In this document: positions 9,963 through 20,012 of the stretch, in pieces
How positions within the stretch are numbered: position 1 is the first letter of the stretch
Layout of the letters: every line of letters begins with the position of its first letter
Assembly (NCBI GenBank): GCA_965237805.1
Contig: OZ250153.1
Span: 320,001 to 384,000, forward strand
Source of the DNA: Gammaproteobacteria bacterium
GTDB lineage: Bacteria; Pseudomonadota; Gammaproteobacteria; JABABF01
Reading direction: 5' to 3'
Length of the DNA stretch: 64,000 nt
Position numbers and translations under genes: made by a program
The notes under the pieces: generated by a model
The model's input: the letters and a program-made list of their open reading frames with translations, nothing else
What the model was told of the DNA's origin: nothing
Databases searched by the model: none

Positions 9963-10566
9963 CGCTGCCTTCTGTGCTTCGTCTCTTCAACCGGAGCTTC
10001 GTCGTCCTTTGCAACCGGAGCTTCGTCGTCCTTTGCACCGGAGCTTCGTCGTCCTTTGCAACTGGAGCTTCGTCGTCCTTTGCAACTGGGGCTTCATCGG
10101 CCGCTTCGACGGAATCTGCCTCAGCCGCTGTGGACGCGAGCTCCTCCACCACCTCAGCGGCTGCCGCCACCGACTCGGCATTGCTGTCTGGTGCGTCCTC
10201 GGCGACCGCTTCCAACTCGGTAGCCGCCACTCCATCGTCCGTGGCAACAGCCCGCCGTCGACGCTCCTCGCGGCGCTCGCGACGCCCGTCAAGCAGCTGC
10301 TGGCGGCGGGCGAGACCCTCATCGTCGAGCCGCGCCTCGCACACCAAGTCGCGTACCCGAGCAGACATCTGGGCACCGCGCCCGCGCCACATATCCAAAC
10401 GCTCCAAATCCACGCGCAGGCGCTCGTCGCCCCCCCGCGCCAGCGGGTTGAAGAAACCGAGGCGCTCCAGCTGGTGCCCACTAGGAGCCCTGCGCTGGTC
10501 GGCCACGGTGACATGGTAAAAAGGCCTTTTCTTGCCACCCCTGCGGGTGAGCCGTATCACGACCAT
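9907..10566 (-). CDS. rpsP: 30S ribosomal protein S16 with a long acidic C-terminal extension
   Basis: [33 protein letters not shown]; the S16 core is followed by about 135 aa of low-complexity tail. Confidence 0.95.
   Translation of the reverse strand: MVVIRLTRRGGKKRPFYHVTVADQRRAPSGHQLERLGFFNPLARGGDERLRVDLERLDMWRGRGAQMSARVRDLVCEARLDDEGLARRQQLLDGRRERREERRRRAVATDDGVAATELEAVAEDAPDSNAESVAAAAEVVEELASTAAEADSVEAADEAPVAKDDEAPVAKDDEAPVQRTTKLRLQRTTKLRLKRRSTEGSDGEAADAASDDTADKAAD
9988..10095. repeat. 24-bp tandem repeat (EAPVAKDD), about 4.5 copies, in the rpsP tail
   Basis: caaccggagcttcgtcgtcctttg-type units at 9988, 10012, 10036 (23 bp), 10059 and a partial copy at 10083. Confidence 0.9.
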
Positions 10567-10625
10567 AGATGGATTTCACTGCGGACTAAGCGACGCGCTG
10601 GCAAGCAGCGCGCCAGCAACTGGTT

Positions 10626-10631
10626 ATTATA
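10626..10631 (-). promoter_or_regulatory. Putative sigma70 -10 element for the rpsP operon
   Basis: Perfect TATAAT on the minus strand about 60 bp upstream of rpsP in a GC-rich genome; no clear -35. Confidence 0.45.
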
Positions 10632-10694
10632 ACCGCTAGCGTTTAAGACACTGCGAATGGGCGGTGTTGGATGGACAGCACAGTGGAGAGCCGC

Positions 10695-11456
10695 ATGGTC
10701 GAACAGACCGCAGTAGTACCTGAAGCGGGCAGCAATGTGGATGCGGGCGAGCTCGAGCGCTTCAATGCGCTGGCCTCGCGTTGGTGGGATCCCGAGGGTG
10801 AGCTCAGGACGCTGCACTGGCTCAATCCAGCGCGACTCCGCTATATCGACTTGCACTCACCAGTGGCCGAGCTCGATGTACTCGACATCGGTTGCGGCGG
10901 CGGCTTGCTGTGCGAAGCACTGGCGACGCGAGGTGCCCGCGTCACCGGCATCGACATGGGCGAGGACTGCTTGCAAACCGCGCGGCTACACCTCGCCGAA
11001 TCCGGGCTACAAGTGGAATATCTGCTCGCCGAGGCCGAGGCTCTGGCCGCTGAGCGGGCCGGGCGCTACGATGTGGTCTGCTGTCTGGAACTGCTCGAGC
11101 ATGTGCCGCGGCCAGCGGATTTGGTATGTGCGGCAGCGGCGCTGACACGCCCCGGCGGCGCACTCTACTTCTCGACCCTCAATCGCCACCCGCTGTGTTG
11201 GCTAACAGCCGTGCTCGGCGCAGAATACCTGCTCGGCCTGCTACCGCGTGGCACCCATGACTACCAGCGCTTCATCCGCCCCAGCGAACTGGGGCAGATG
11301 TTGCGCGCCGCTGGCGTACAGCTGGCCGATCTCAGCGGTTTCCGCCTGCAACCACTGGAGCGGCGCTTCCGTCTGCACCCGGATGTGCGCGTCAACTACA
11401 TCGCCTACGCCCGCAAAGCGATGGCGGACCATGACGCGACACCCAGCGCAAACTGA
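10695..11456 (+). CDS. ubiG: Ubiquinone biosynthesis O-methyltransferase UbiG
   Basis: NVDAGELERF, WWDPEGE, LHWLNPAR, LDIGCGGGLL, LELLEHVP, LPRGTHDY. Confidence 0.96.
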   Translation: MVEQTAVVPEAGSNVDAGELERFNALASRWWDPEGELRTLHWLNPARLRYIDLHSPVAELDVLDIGCGGGLLCEALATRGARVTGIDMGEDCLQTARLHLAESGLQVEYLLAEAEALAAERAGRYDVVCCLELLEHVPRPADLVCAAAALTRPGGALYFSTLNRHPLCWLTAVLGAEYLLGLLPRGTHDYQRFIRPSELGQMLRAAGVQLADLSGFRLQPLERRFRLHPDVRVNYIAYARKAMADHDATPSAN

Positions 11457-12138
11457 GCTGACACAGCCGGCGGGGGGGCAGCGGCTACGGGTCGTACTGT
11501 TTGACCTCGACGGCACCCTGCTCGATACCGCACCAGAATTCGCCAGCGTCCTCAACCAGTTGCTGGCGACCGCCGGGCGGGTGCAATTGCCGCCGCCGCG
11601 CATCCACGAGCGGGTCTCGGACGGGGTGCGGGCGCTGGTACAACTGGGCTTTGAGCTGAGCCCGGAGGAAGACGGCTTCGCCGAGCGCCACCGGGACTTG
11701 CTGCGGGCTTACCAGCAGGGCTTGGGGCAAAGGACGCAGCCTTTTGACGGCATTGAGGCATTGTTGGCTGAATTAGGGCACCGTCAGATGAACTGGGGGG
11801 TGGTGACTAATAAGCCAGTGGGCCTATCCACCCCGCTGTTGCAGATCATGGGCATGGCACCGGACTGCTTGGTGTGCAGCGACCAGCTGGAGCATCCAAA
11901 ACCGCATCCGGGGGGCTTGTTGCGCGCCTGTCAAGAATTGGACTGCCCGGCGGCTCAGGCGCTGTATGTCGGCGACCACCGACGCGATATCGAAGCAGCA
12001 CACAATGCCGGTATGCGCGCCGCCGCCGTCAGTTGGGGTTATGCCCACAGCGACGATCCGCCCTCCGCTTGGGGAGCCGACTATCTGTTGCGCACGCCCT
12101 TGGAGCTGCTTGAACTGTTGCCGCCAGTGGGACGCTGA
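11431..12138 (+). CDS. HAD phosphatase (Gph/MupP family)
   Basis: FDLDGTLLDTA, WGVVTNKP, KPHP, YVGDHRRDIEA; follows ubiG as in Pseudomonas. Confidence 0.9.
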   Translation: MTRHPAQTELTQPAGGQRLRVVLFDLDGTLLDTAPEFASVLNQLLATAGRVQLPPPRIHERVSDGVRALVQLGFELSPEEDGFAERHRDLLRAYQQGLGQRTQPFDGIEALLAELGHRQMNWGVVTNKPVGLSTPLLQIMGMAPDCLVCSDQLEHPKPHPGGLLRACQELDCPAAQALYVGDHRRDIEAAHNAGMRAAAVSWGYAHSDDPPSAWGADYLLRTPLELLELLPPVGR

Positions 12139-13010
12139 ACACGCCGCCGACGAGGTGGGTCGGGCTGTTCGCCCGCGCCACCCGCAAGGTCTCCGCTCGC
12201 CACATCCTGTAGCGCGACCACCTCGCGCTCTGTTAAATCACGCCAATGACCACGGCGATCCTTCGGCTCCAAAAATACCGGACCGAAACGCACTCGCTTC
12301 AGGCGACCGACCTGCAGACCTTGGCTCTCCCACAGGCGGCGCACCTCGCGGTTGCGCCCCTCCAGCAAGACGACGCAAAACCAACGGTTGGCACCATCTC
12401 GATCGCCCTCGGCGGCTTGGATGTCGCTGAAGCGCGCCCATCCGTCCTCCAGCTCGACACCGTCCGACAAGCGGCGCAATTGCGCCGGAGTGACGGTGCC
12501 GCGCACACGCACCATGTATTCGCGCTCAATCTGCGCCGAGGGATGCATCAGCCGATGCGCCAAACCACCGTCATCGGTGAACAACAACAAGCCGCTACTG
12601 TTGATGTCCAGACGCCCGACACCAACCCAACGCGAGCCGTGCAACGGTGGCAGCGCCTCGAAAACCGTGGGACGATCGCTCGGGTCATAGCGGGTGCAGA
12701 TCTCGCCCTCGCGCTTGTGGTAGAGCAACACGCGGGGGCAGCGCGGTGTCTCAGGCCACGGCAAGGGACGGCCATCCAAACACAGCCTATCCTCGGGTCC
12801 GGCGACGCTGCCGAGGCGCGGCTGAACACCGTTCAGCGTCAGGCGGCCATCGGCGATCCAGCGCTCTGCCTCACGGCGCGAGGCGTAGCCACCGCGCGAG
12901 AGTAATTTTTGCAGGCGTTCCTTGCCACCGCCAGCTGACGGTGCCGGACGGGCGGGACGGCGGCGAGCACCGCGCCCACCACCCTGCTCAGGAGACGATA
13001 TGCGTGACAT
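12081..13010 (-). CDS. rluB: 23S rRNA pseudouridine synthase RluB
   Basis: ERLQKLL S4 domain, VGRLDINSSGLLLFTDDG, EGRNREVRRL; downstream of scpAB. Confidence 0.92.
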   Translation of the reverse strand: MSRISSPEQGGGRGARRRPARPAPSAGGGKERLQKLLSRGGYASRREAERWIADGRLTLNGVQPRLGSVAGPEDRLCLDGRPLPWPETPRCPRVLLYHKREGEICTRYDPSDRPTVFEALPPLHGSRWVGVGRLDINSSGLLLFTDDGGLAHRLMHPSAQIEREYMVRVRGTVTPAQLRRLSDGVELEDGWARFSDIQAAEGDRDGANRWFCVVLLEGRNREVRRLWESQGLQVGRLKRVRFGPVFLEPKDRRGHWRDLTEREVVALQDVASGDLAGGAGEQPDPPRRRRVQRPTGGNSSSSSKGVRNR

Positions 13011-13719
13011 CTGGATCGACGAGCGGCGGCGCGGGTGGAGTGAGTGGCAAAGCATTGTCAGCCGCGGGCTCAGCCTCTCCAAGCTCGCCCCCCAACCGCT
13101 CGGGAACGGTGGGCGGCAAGGTATCCGGCACGACCGAGCTGGCATCTGTTGCGGCGGAGTGCAACTCAGCGTCCTCCTTAGCGTCCTCTGCCAAAGCTGG
13201 CAACGGCGGTAGATCGGACAGCTTGCGCAAACCGAAATCGTTCAAGAAACGCTGGGTGGTGGCGTAGAGTGCCGGGCGACCGGGGCTTTCTCTATAGCCG
13301 ACCACGCGCACCCACTCCCGCTCCAACAACGTGCGCATGATGCTAGGGCTCAGCGAGACCCCACGCAAACTCTCGATATCGCCTCGGGTCAGCGGCTGGC
13401 GATAGGCGATGGCGGCGAAAGTCTCCATCAAAGCCCGCGAGTAGCGCGGGGGCCGCTCGCGCCGCAGGCGTTCCAAATAGGGGTTGAGCTCGTCGCGCAG
13501 ACGCAATCGATAGCCACCTGCCACCTGTTCTAAGCAGCAGGCACGGTGCTCGCAATCAGCTTCCAGCTGAGTCAAAGCCGCTTTCAAATCTACCGTCGAC
13601 GGGCGCTCCTCGGCATCGAAGAGATCGGCCAGCTGGCGCAGCTGAAGGGGGCTGTCAGCAGCCAATAACACCCCCTCTAGGATGCGCGCCAAAGACCGCT
13701 CAGGCAGCCCTGCGACCAT
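12988..13719 (-). CDS. scpB: SMC-Scp complex subunit ScpB
   Basis: YSRALMETFAAIAYRQPLTRGDIE, PGRPALYATT, FGLRKLSDLPPL. Confidence 0.95.
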   Translation of the reverse strand: MVAGLPERSLARILEGVLLAADSPLQLRQLADLFDAEERPSTVDLKAALTQLEADCEHRACCLEQVAGGYRLRLRDELNPYLERLRRERPPRYSRALMETFAAIAYRQPLTRGDIESLRGVSLSPSIMRTLLEREWVRVVGYRESPGRPALYATTQRFLNDFGLRKLSDLPPLPALAEDAKEDAELHSAATDASSVVPDTLPPTVPERLGGELGEAEPAADNALPLTPPAPPLVDPDVTHIVS

Positions 13720-14599
13720 CGCTCCCCTCCGCACCGCCGGCATCGCCGCCACCCGCGCCACCGCGCAGGTAAATCGGCCCGAAAGCTTGCATCTGCACCA
13801 CCTCTATCGAACGCTCGCGCAACAACTCAAGTAGTGCCAAGAAATGCACCACCACGCCACGGCGCCGCTCGGACGGCACCAGCAGACGCGACAGCGCAAC
13901 GAAACGCCGTCCGCTGAGACACGCGAGCAAATTGCCCATGCGCTCGCGTACCGACAGCTGCGAACCCAACATGCGGTGGCGGCGGTGCCAATCCACCCGC
14001 CGCAGTAATGCGCCCATGGCCTGAGCCAACTCCAGCGGCACTGGCGGCGGTGCCAAACGGCGCGGCGGCGGCGGCGCAGCGATGCGCGCCACTTGGAAGT
14101 CCCGCCCCAGCTGCGGCAGCTGCTCAAGTGACTGCGCACTGGCGCGGAGCTGCTCATAGGCACGCAACCGCAACATGAAGGCCGTGGCCGGATCGACATC
14201 CTCAACCTCAGCCTCTGTGACCGGTTGCGGCAACAGCATGCGCAACTTAATCTCAGTCAGCGTCGCCGCCATGACCAGATACTCGGCGGCCAAATCCACC
14301 TCCATCTCGTCCATCAGATCGATGTAGCTGATATATTGCTCGGCGAGTTCGAGCAAATTAATGCGCAAGATGTCCAAGTTGCGCCGCCGCACGAGGTGGA
14401 GCAATAGGTCGAGTGGCCCTTCAAAAGATTCGAGAAAAACCCGTAGCGCCTGAGGCGGGATATAGAGATTTTCGGGCAGGGTCTGCAGTGGCGCACCGTC
14501 GACCACCACACAATCGGAGTGTTGCAATAGTGGTGGCGGGTCGGGTAGCGGGGAGTGCGCGCTCCTGCTAGCTGCCTCCTCGACGCACCACTGTGCCAT
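13700..14599 (-). CDS. scpA: Segregation/condensation protein ScpA
   Basis: LYIPPQALRVFLESFEGPLDLLLHL, AAEYLVMAA, FLALLEL. Confidence 0.95.
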   Translation of the reverse strand: MAQWCVEEAASRSAHSPLPDPPPLLQHSDCVVVDGAPLQTLPENLYIPPQALRVFLESFEGPLDLLLHLVRRRNLDILRINLLELAEQYISYIDLMDEMEVDLAAEYLVMAATLTEIKLRMLLPQPVTEAEVEDVDPATAFMLRLRAYEQLRASAQSLEQLPQLGRDFQVARIAAPPPPRRLAPPPVPLELAQAMGALLRRVDWHRRHRMLGSQLSVRERMGNLLACLSGRRFVALSRLLVPSERRRGVVVHFLALLELLRERSIEVVQMQAFGPIYLRGGAGGGDAGGAEGSDGRRAA

Positions 14600-14719
14600 G
14601 CGTTCTCACCCGAATGTACGAAGCCACTAGTGCTACAATGGCCAGATAGTAGCATAGCTTGGATCCACTATTGCTCGACGCGTTGCGGGCATGGGGACAC
14701 TGGCTACGAGTTGCACGGC

Positions 14720-15541
14720 ATGCTTCTTTCACGCAACAAAGCAAAGACACAAGCAATCGTAGCGACCACTGTGCTGGCCATGTGGGCGTTGCCGATTGTG
14801 CCAGCCATGGCGGAAAATACTTTCGAGGCATTGCAAGAGCGGATCAAACCACTACAAGGAGGCAGCGGCACCATCGCTGAAGATCCCGATGCAGGCAAGC
14901 CGGTGCCTCCAGTCATACTGAAACCGACGGTGGTCTTAGTGACCAATCATGGCACTATCTATCTGTCGATAGAGGTTGAGCGGGCTCCCATCACAGCGGC
15001 CAACTTCCTGAATTATGTCAACAGCGGCTTTTACAACGGCACTATCTTCCACCGTGTGATCGCAGACTTCATGGTGCAGGGTGGCGGCCTGCTCAGCGAC
15101 TTGGCCCCCCAGGAGACCAACGCCCCAATCGCCAACGAATCCCACAACGGCCTGAGCAATGTGCGCGGTGCCATCGCCATGGCACGCACCCAAGATCCAC
15201 ACAGCGCCACCTCCCAATTTTTCATCAACTTGCGCGACAACTCCCATTTGAATAAGCGGGGGGAGCAACACGGCTACACCGTATTCGGTCATGTCACCAA
15301 AGGCATGGATGTCGTCAATGCCATCGCGAAGCAAGCAACCGAGTTCAAATCCGGGATCGCCGATGTGCCCAAAGAAACCATCACGATACAACGCGCCTAT
15401 GTGATCAAGACCAAAACTAGCCTGCGCAGCACCATCAGCATCTTGGTGGCCAAAATCCCCATACTGTCCAGCTTGGTGCAGGTTATTGCGGAGCGCTACC
15501 ACATCCTCAAAGCCAGCTTCAGCCGGGCTGACTCCAGCTAA
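14720..15541 (+). CDS. Secreted cyclophilin-type peptidyl-prolyl isomerase (PpiA-like)
   Basis: Signal peptide; APITAANF, FHRVIADFMVQGGG, AMARTQDPHSATSQFFIN, GYTVFG. Confidence 0.93.
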   Translation: MLLSRNKAKTQAIVATTVLAMWALPIVPAMAENTFEALQERIKPLQGGSGTIAEDPDAGKPVPPVILKPTVVLVTNHGTIYLSIEVERAPITAANFLNYVNSGFYNGTIFHRVIADFMVQGGGLLSDLAPQETNAPIANESHNGLSNVRGAIAMARTQDPHSATSQFFINLRDNSHLNKRGEQHGYTVFGHVTKGMDVVNAIAKQATEFKSGIADVPKETITIQRAYVIKTKTSLRSTISILVAKIPILSSLVQVIAERYHILKASFSRADSS

Positions 15542-15563
15542 GCTGCACCGAGCCTTGAGGCCG

Positions 15564-16364
15564 GTGATTCAACTCAGCGTCAACCTGAACAAAATTGCGC
15601 TATTGCGCAACGCCCGCGATGGTGATGTGCCGCATGTGGTGGATTGCGCACGACAAATACTGGGCACCGGAGCCGATGGCCTAACCGTGCATCCACGCCC
15701 GGATCTCCGCCATATACGCCCCGCAGACTTGGCTCCGTTAGCAGCACTGTGCCAGGCCACCGGGCACACATTCAATATCGAAGGCAATCCCTTGGAGCCA
15801 GCCCGCCAGCGCAACGGACAAAGCGCTGGCTACCCCGGTTTTTTGGCACTGGTGGATACTGTGCGACCGACACAATGCACCTTGGTTCCCGACACCAGTG
15901 AACAGCGCACCTCAGACCATGGTTTCGAGCTGCGACAAGCGGCTGTGCGCACGACCCTACAGCCGATCATCGCCGGGCTGCGTGCGCAGGGCATCTGCGT
16001 CAGTGTGTTCCTCAATGCTGATGAGCAACTGATGCCTTGGGCTGCAGAGCTGGGAGCGACGCGGGTCGAGCTGTACACCGGCCCCTACGCCAAGGCATGG
16101 GGCCGTGGCGGCACCGAAGCCAAACGCGAGTTGCTGTGCTGTGCACGTGCGGCGGCAGCGGCGAAGCGAGCTGGCTTGGGGGTCAATGCCGGGCACGATT
16201 TGGATCTGCACAACTTGGGGGCACTGGCAACGGCACTGCCAGATTTGCTGGAAGTGTCGATCGGCCATGCGCTGATTGCCGACGCCCTGCAGCTCGGTCT
16301 CAGACAGTCGGTACAAGCCTATCTCGATTGCTTGGCGCAAGCGCGCAGCGCAACTGGCAAATAA
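15564..16364 (+). CDS. pdxJ: Pyridoxine 5'-phosphate synthase
   Basis: LSVNLNKIALLRNAR, TVHPRPDLRHIR, TSDHG, ELYTGPYA, NAGHDL, EVSIGHAL. Confidence 0.95.
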   Translation: MIQLSVNLNKIALLRNARDGDVPHVVDCARQILGTGADGLTVHPRPDLRHIRPADLAPLAALCQATGHTFNIEGNPLEPARQRNGQSAGYPGFLALVDTVRPTQCTLVPDTSEQRTSDHGFELRQAAVRTTLQPIIAGLRAQGICVSVFLNADEQLMPWAAELGATRVELYTGPYAKAWGRGGTEAKRELLCCARAAAAAKRAGLGVNAGHDLDLHNLGALATALPDLLEVSIGHALIADALQLGLRQSVQAYLDCLAQARSATGK

Positions 16365-16433
16365 CTGCCGCGGGCCACAGCAAACATGACGGGAGGACAC
16401 CCGACCCAACACGGCCGAGTAGCGCAGGACTAT

Positions 16434-16509
16434 TGGTGGAGCCAGGCGGGATCGAACCGCCGACCTCAACGCTGCCAGCGTTGCGCTCTCCCAGCTGAGC
16501 TATGGCCCC
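16434..16509 (-). tRNA. tRNA-Ala (GGC)
   Basis: GGGGCCATAGCTCAGCTGGGAGAGCGCAACGCT-GGC-AGCGTTGAGGTCGGCGGTTCGATCCCGCCTGGCTCCACCA, 76 nt with encoded CCA; downstream of gltX. Confidence 0.98.
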
Positions 16510-16585
16510 ATTGAGACACGGTGCGAGTCGTGCGTGTGGGCGGATTTTAGCGCCCGTCAGGGCCGCCGGTCAAACGCAGGGAAAC

Positions 16586-18088
16586 TCAGCCCGAACCCTC
16601 GGTCACCGTGCCGATCCGCACGCGCATCTCCTCCAGCTGCTTGCGCCTTTTTTTCGACGGTGCGCCGAGCAGTGCAAGCGCCTCGCGCAAACGCGCCGAG
16701 CAGAGATCTGCCCCGAGCAGTGCCATCGCGTCCACCACAGAAATGGAAGAGGCACTGCCAGTGATGGCCACAAACAGCGGTGCGCAAAAGTCTCGCAACG
16801 GCAATTCCAGCAGCTCCGATGCCAATTTCATACCGCCAAACAGGAGATCTCGACCGAAGTCGAAGCGGTGCTCCTCCACCTCCCACAGCACCCATTGCAG
16901 GACCTCGCGTTGCCGCTCCACAGGTAGTTTCAGGGCTCGGTAATCAGCCTCAGACGCAGCTGTCGGGCCACCGAGCAAAAAGCCGCCCAAGGGCAGCACA
17001 TCGCTCAGTCGCTCCATGCGCGGCTGCAAATGCACGAGCGAGGCTGCCAACAAATCGGGGTTGAGCCGCCACTCCACCAAGCGGCGGAGCAGTTCCTCGG
17101 GTGCCAGCTCGCGCAACCACTGAGCGTTAAGCCAATCGAGCTTGTCCGGATCAAAGACCGGCCCGCCCAGCGATACCCGGGAGAGATCAAAATGCTTGAT
17201 CAGCTCTGCCACCGTGAAACGCTCGCGCTCATCGGGCATCGACCAGCCCATACGCGCCAGATAGTTGAGCACGGCCTCCGGTAAATAGCCACTATCCCGG
17301 TAGTGGAAAATGCTAGTCGGGTTGCGGCGCTTGCTGAGCTTGCTCTGGTCGGGATTGCGCAGTAGCGGCAAATGACAGTACTGAGGCGGATCCCAACCCA
17401 AGGCCTGGTACAAGAGCAGGTGTTTGGGAGTCGAGTTGAGCCATTCCTCACCACGCAGTACATGGCTGATCCTCATCTCGTGGTCGTCGACCACATTCGC
17501 CAAGTGGTAGGTGGGCAATCCGTCGGCCTTGAGTAGCACCTGCATATCCACCTGCTGCCAATTGATGCTGACGGTGCCACGTAGCAAGTCCGCCACCTCG
17601 CAGACTCCTGCAGCCGGCACTTTGAGACGAATGACATAGGGGTCTCCGGCAGTGCGCCGCCGCGCCACCTCGGCATCGGATTGCTGCAGACCGCGCCCAT
17701 CGTAGCGTGCGGTTTCGCCGCGGGCGCGCTGCTCCTCGCGCATCGCCGCCAATTCGGAAGGCGTGGCAAAACAGTAAAAAGCCTGCCCGGAATCCACCAG
17801 CCGCTGGGCATGATGCCGGTACAACTCACTGCGCTCGCTCTGGCGGTAGGGACCGGCATCGCCGCCGACATCGGGTCCTTCGTCCCAATCCAAGCCGAGC
17901 CAGCGCAACGCGGCGATGATCTCCGCCTCCGCCGCTGCCGAAGAGCGCTGGCTATCGGTATCATCAATGCGCAGCACAAATCTCCCACCGACGCTGCGCG
18001 CATAGGCATAATTAAACAGCGCCACATAGGCGGTGCCCAAATGGGGCGCACCAGTGGGCGACGGTGCGACCCTGGTGCGAACGCTCAT
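16586..18088 (-). CDS. gltX: Glutamate--tRNA ligase
   Basis: RTRVAPSPTG, HLGT (HIGH-like), GPYRQSER, PTYHLANVVDDH, RGEEW, KLSKR. Confidence 0.97.
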   Translation of the reverse strand: MSVRTRVAPSPTGAPHLGTAYVALFNYAYARSVGGRFVLRIDDTDSQRSSAAAEAEIIAALRWLGLDWDEGPDVGGDAGPYRQSERSELYRHHAQRLVDSGQAFYCFATPSELAAMREEQRARGETARYDGRGLQQSDAEVARRRTAGDPYVIRLKVPAAGVCEVADLLRGTVSINWQQVDMQVLLKADGLPTYHLANVVDDHEMRISHVLRGEEWLNSTPKHLLLYQALGWDPPQYCHLPLLRNPDQSKLSKRRNPTSIFHYRDSGYLPEAVLNYLARMGWSMPDERERFTVAELIKHFDLSRVSLGGPVFDPDKLDWLNAQWLRELAPEELLRRLVEWRLNPDLLAASLVHLQPRMERLSDVLPLGGFLLGGPTAASEADYRALKLPVERQREVLQWVLWEVEEHRFDFGRDLLFGGMKLASELLELPLRDFCAPLFVAITGSASSISVVDAMALLGADLCSARLREALALLGAPSKKRRKQLEEMRVRIGTVTEGSG

Positions 18089-18247
18089 CGCCATCGCTGT
18101 GCGCACAGCGAACTCGGTGCGGACACAACAATGTGGTCTGGGAGATTCATGACACGGTGACGGTGGAGACTGTGGCTATGGTAGCGCCTCAGGCGGAAAG
18201 TGCCCATCACCACCGCTGAATCGATGCCCCGCGCTATGATGAAGCAT

Positions 18248-19291
18248 ATGACACACACCAGCCCCACACCCGGCCCATCACACCGCTTCTGCGTCGCGCC
18301 GATGGTCGCACGCACCGATCGGCACTGCCGCTATCTGTTGCGCTTGCTGTCGCGCCACACGATGCTGTACACCGAGATGACCACCACCGCTGCCCTGCGC
18401 CGGGGCGATCGGCAACGCCTGCTCGCCTACGACCAGAGCGAAGCACCGCTGGGCTTGCAGCTGGCGGGTAGCGAGCCAGCGGAGTTGGGCTGGGCGGCGG
18501 GCGTGGCACGCGATGTCGGCTACGACGAGGTCAATCTCAATGCGGGCTGCCCCAGCGCCCGCATCACCGCTGGCGCAGGCGCAGGTGCCTGCCTGATGCG
18601 CGATCCACAACGCAGTGCAGACTGCTTGGCGGCCATGGCAGCATCGGGACTGCCAGTGTCGCTCAAATGCCGCATCGGCATCGACGGCGGTGAAGATTAC
18701 GATGCCCTCGCCAGCTATATCGCCAGCGCACTGGCAAGCGGTGCGGGGACTGTCATCGTACACGCCCGCAGCGCTTGGCTCAACGGGCTGAGCCCGCGCC
18801 ACAACCGCAACGTACCGCCATTGCGCCACGAGTTGGTGCACCGCCTCAAGCGCGACTTCCCAGTAGCGGATATCGTGCTCAACGGCGGGATCAGCAGCAT
18901 GGCACAGTGCCGCCAAAGCCTGCGTCGAGTCGACGGCGTCATGCTGGGGCGTGCGGTCTGGCGTAATCCGTGGCTGCTGGCCTCAGTCGATCCGCTACTG
19001 TTTGGTAGCCCACCGCCGCTGGACTCGCGCCGGGCGGTGCTGGCCGCCTTCCTGTCCTATGCCCAAGTACAGCGATGCGCCGGTGTGCGTTCCGGAGTCT
19101 TGTTGCGGGCGCTGGCGGGCTTGGGACACGGCATTGCCGGTGCCCGCCTGTGGCGGCGGCGACTGGCAGTGGTGCGCGCTGTCGAGCAGGTGGATCACAG
19201 CGCGGCATTGCTGGATGGATGGCCGCTGAGCGAGGCGGTAGCGCAGCACTCAGAAGTCGAAGATATCACCCTCGGCAATAGCCTCCGCTGA
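18248..19291 (+). CDS. dusA: tRNA dihydrouridine synthase DusA
   Basis: VAPM, TDRHCR, LYTEM, NLNAGCPS, KCRIG, VHARSAWLNGLSP. Confidence 0.88.
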   Translation: MTHTSPTPGPSHRFCVAPMVARTDRHCRYLLRLLSRHTMLYTEMTTTAALRRGDRQRLLAYDQSEAPLGLQLAGSEPAELGWAAGVARDVGYDEVNLNAGCPSARITAGAGAGACLMRDPQRSADCLAAMAASGLPVSLKCRIGIDGGEDYDALASYIASALASGAGTVIVHARSAWLNGLSPRHNRNVPPLRHELVHRLKRDFPVADIVLNGGISSMAQCRQSLRRVDGVMLGRAVWRNPWLLASVDPLLFGSPPPLDSRRAVLAAFLSYAQVQRCAGVRSGVLLRALAGLGHGIAGARLWRRRLAVVRAVEQVDHSAALLDGWPLSEAVAQHSEVEDITLGNSLR

Positions 19292-19999
19292 GCCTTCCTC
19301 GCCAGCAGGAGCGATGGTGTCGAGATCATCGTCCAGCGACGGTTCGTCGCCGAGATAGAACTCACGCAACAACAGATAGCGATCACCGAACAACAGCGAT
19401 TCCTGATCCAGCAAGTCAGCGCGCCGCTGCAACAGACCGAGCGCTGAGACCGGATAGCGAATCACTGCCTCAACCAAGTAAAACTCCGGTGCCAACGCCA
19501 AGCTATCGACGGGAATGCCGATGGCATTGCGCACCGTGCTGGAACCGAAACCGGGCAAGACCATATAGGGGCCTCTGGGCAGCCCCCAAGCACCGAGCAC
19601 TTCACCGAAATTGGTGTTATCGACTTTCAAGCCGACACGCGTGGCGACATCGCTCAGACCAGCGAGCCCCAGAGTACTGTTGAGCAACAGTCGGCCAGTG
19701 TGTACCAAGCTCGCGCGCCAATCCCCCTGCAACAGGTGATCGACGATGCGGCGCGGTTCATTGAGGTTCGAGCCGAAATTGCGGATGCCACGCTGGAGTG
19801 GGTCGGGGATGATACCGTCATAGAACCGCGCCACTGGCCGGAGGAAGTGGCGGTCAAACCACTCATTGAGCACAAAAACTTTGCGGTTCCATCTTTCCCA
19901 AGGATCCCGGGGATCGAAATCCAGCCCCTCCAGCGCCGCGCAAGAACACAGCACAGGCAACAGCAGCAAGGCGACCCAATGAGCCGAGCGAGCACGCAA
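19250..19999 (-). CDS. mlaA: VacJ/MlaA lipoprotein
   Basis: Lipobox LCSC, DPWERWNR, NSTLGLAGL, FGEVLGAWG, GPYMVLP; TTG start with a GGAGG RBS. Confidence 0.9.
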   Translation of the reverse strand: MRARSAHWVALLLLPVLCSCAALEGLDFDPRDPWERWNRKVFVLNEWFDRHFLRPVARFYDGIIPDPLQRGIRNFGSNLNEPRRIVDHLLQGDWRASLVHTGRLLLNSTLGLAGLSDVATRVGLKVDNTNFGEVLGAWGLPRGPYMVLPGFGSSTVRNAIGIPVDSLALAPEFYLVEAVIRYPVSALGLLQRRADLLDQESLLFGDRYLLLREFYLGDEPSLDDDLDTIAPAGEEGSAEAIAEGDIFDF

Positions 20000-20012
20000 T
20001 GAGCGCCTCCCC

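Noticed and set aside
16434-16509. tRNA-Ala as the integration site of an island
   Set aside because: It is flanked by the core genes pdxJ and gltX, and I saw no duplicate of its 3' end near the T4SS borders (checked by eye only).
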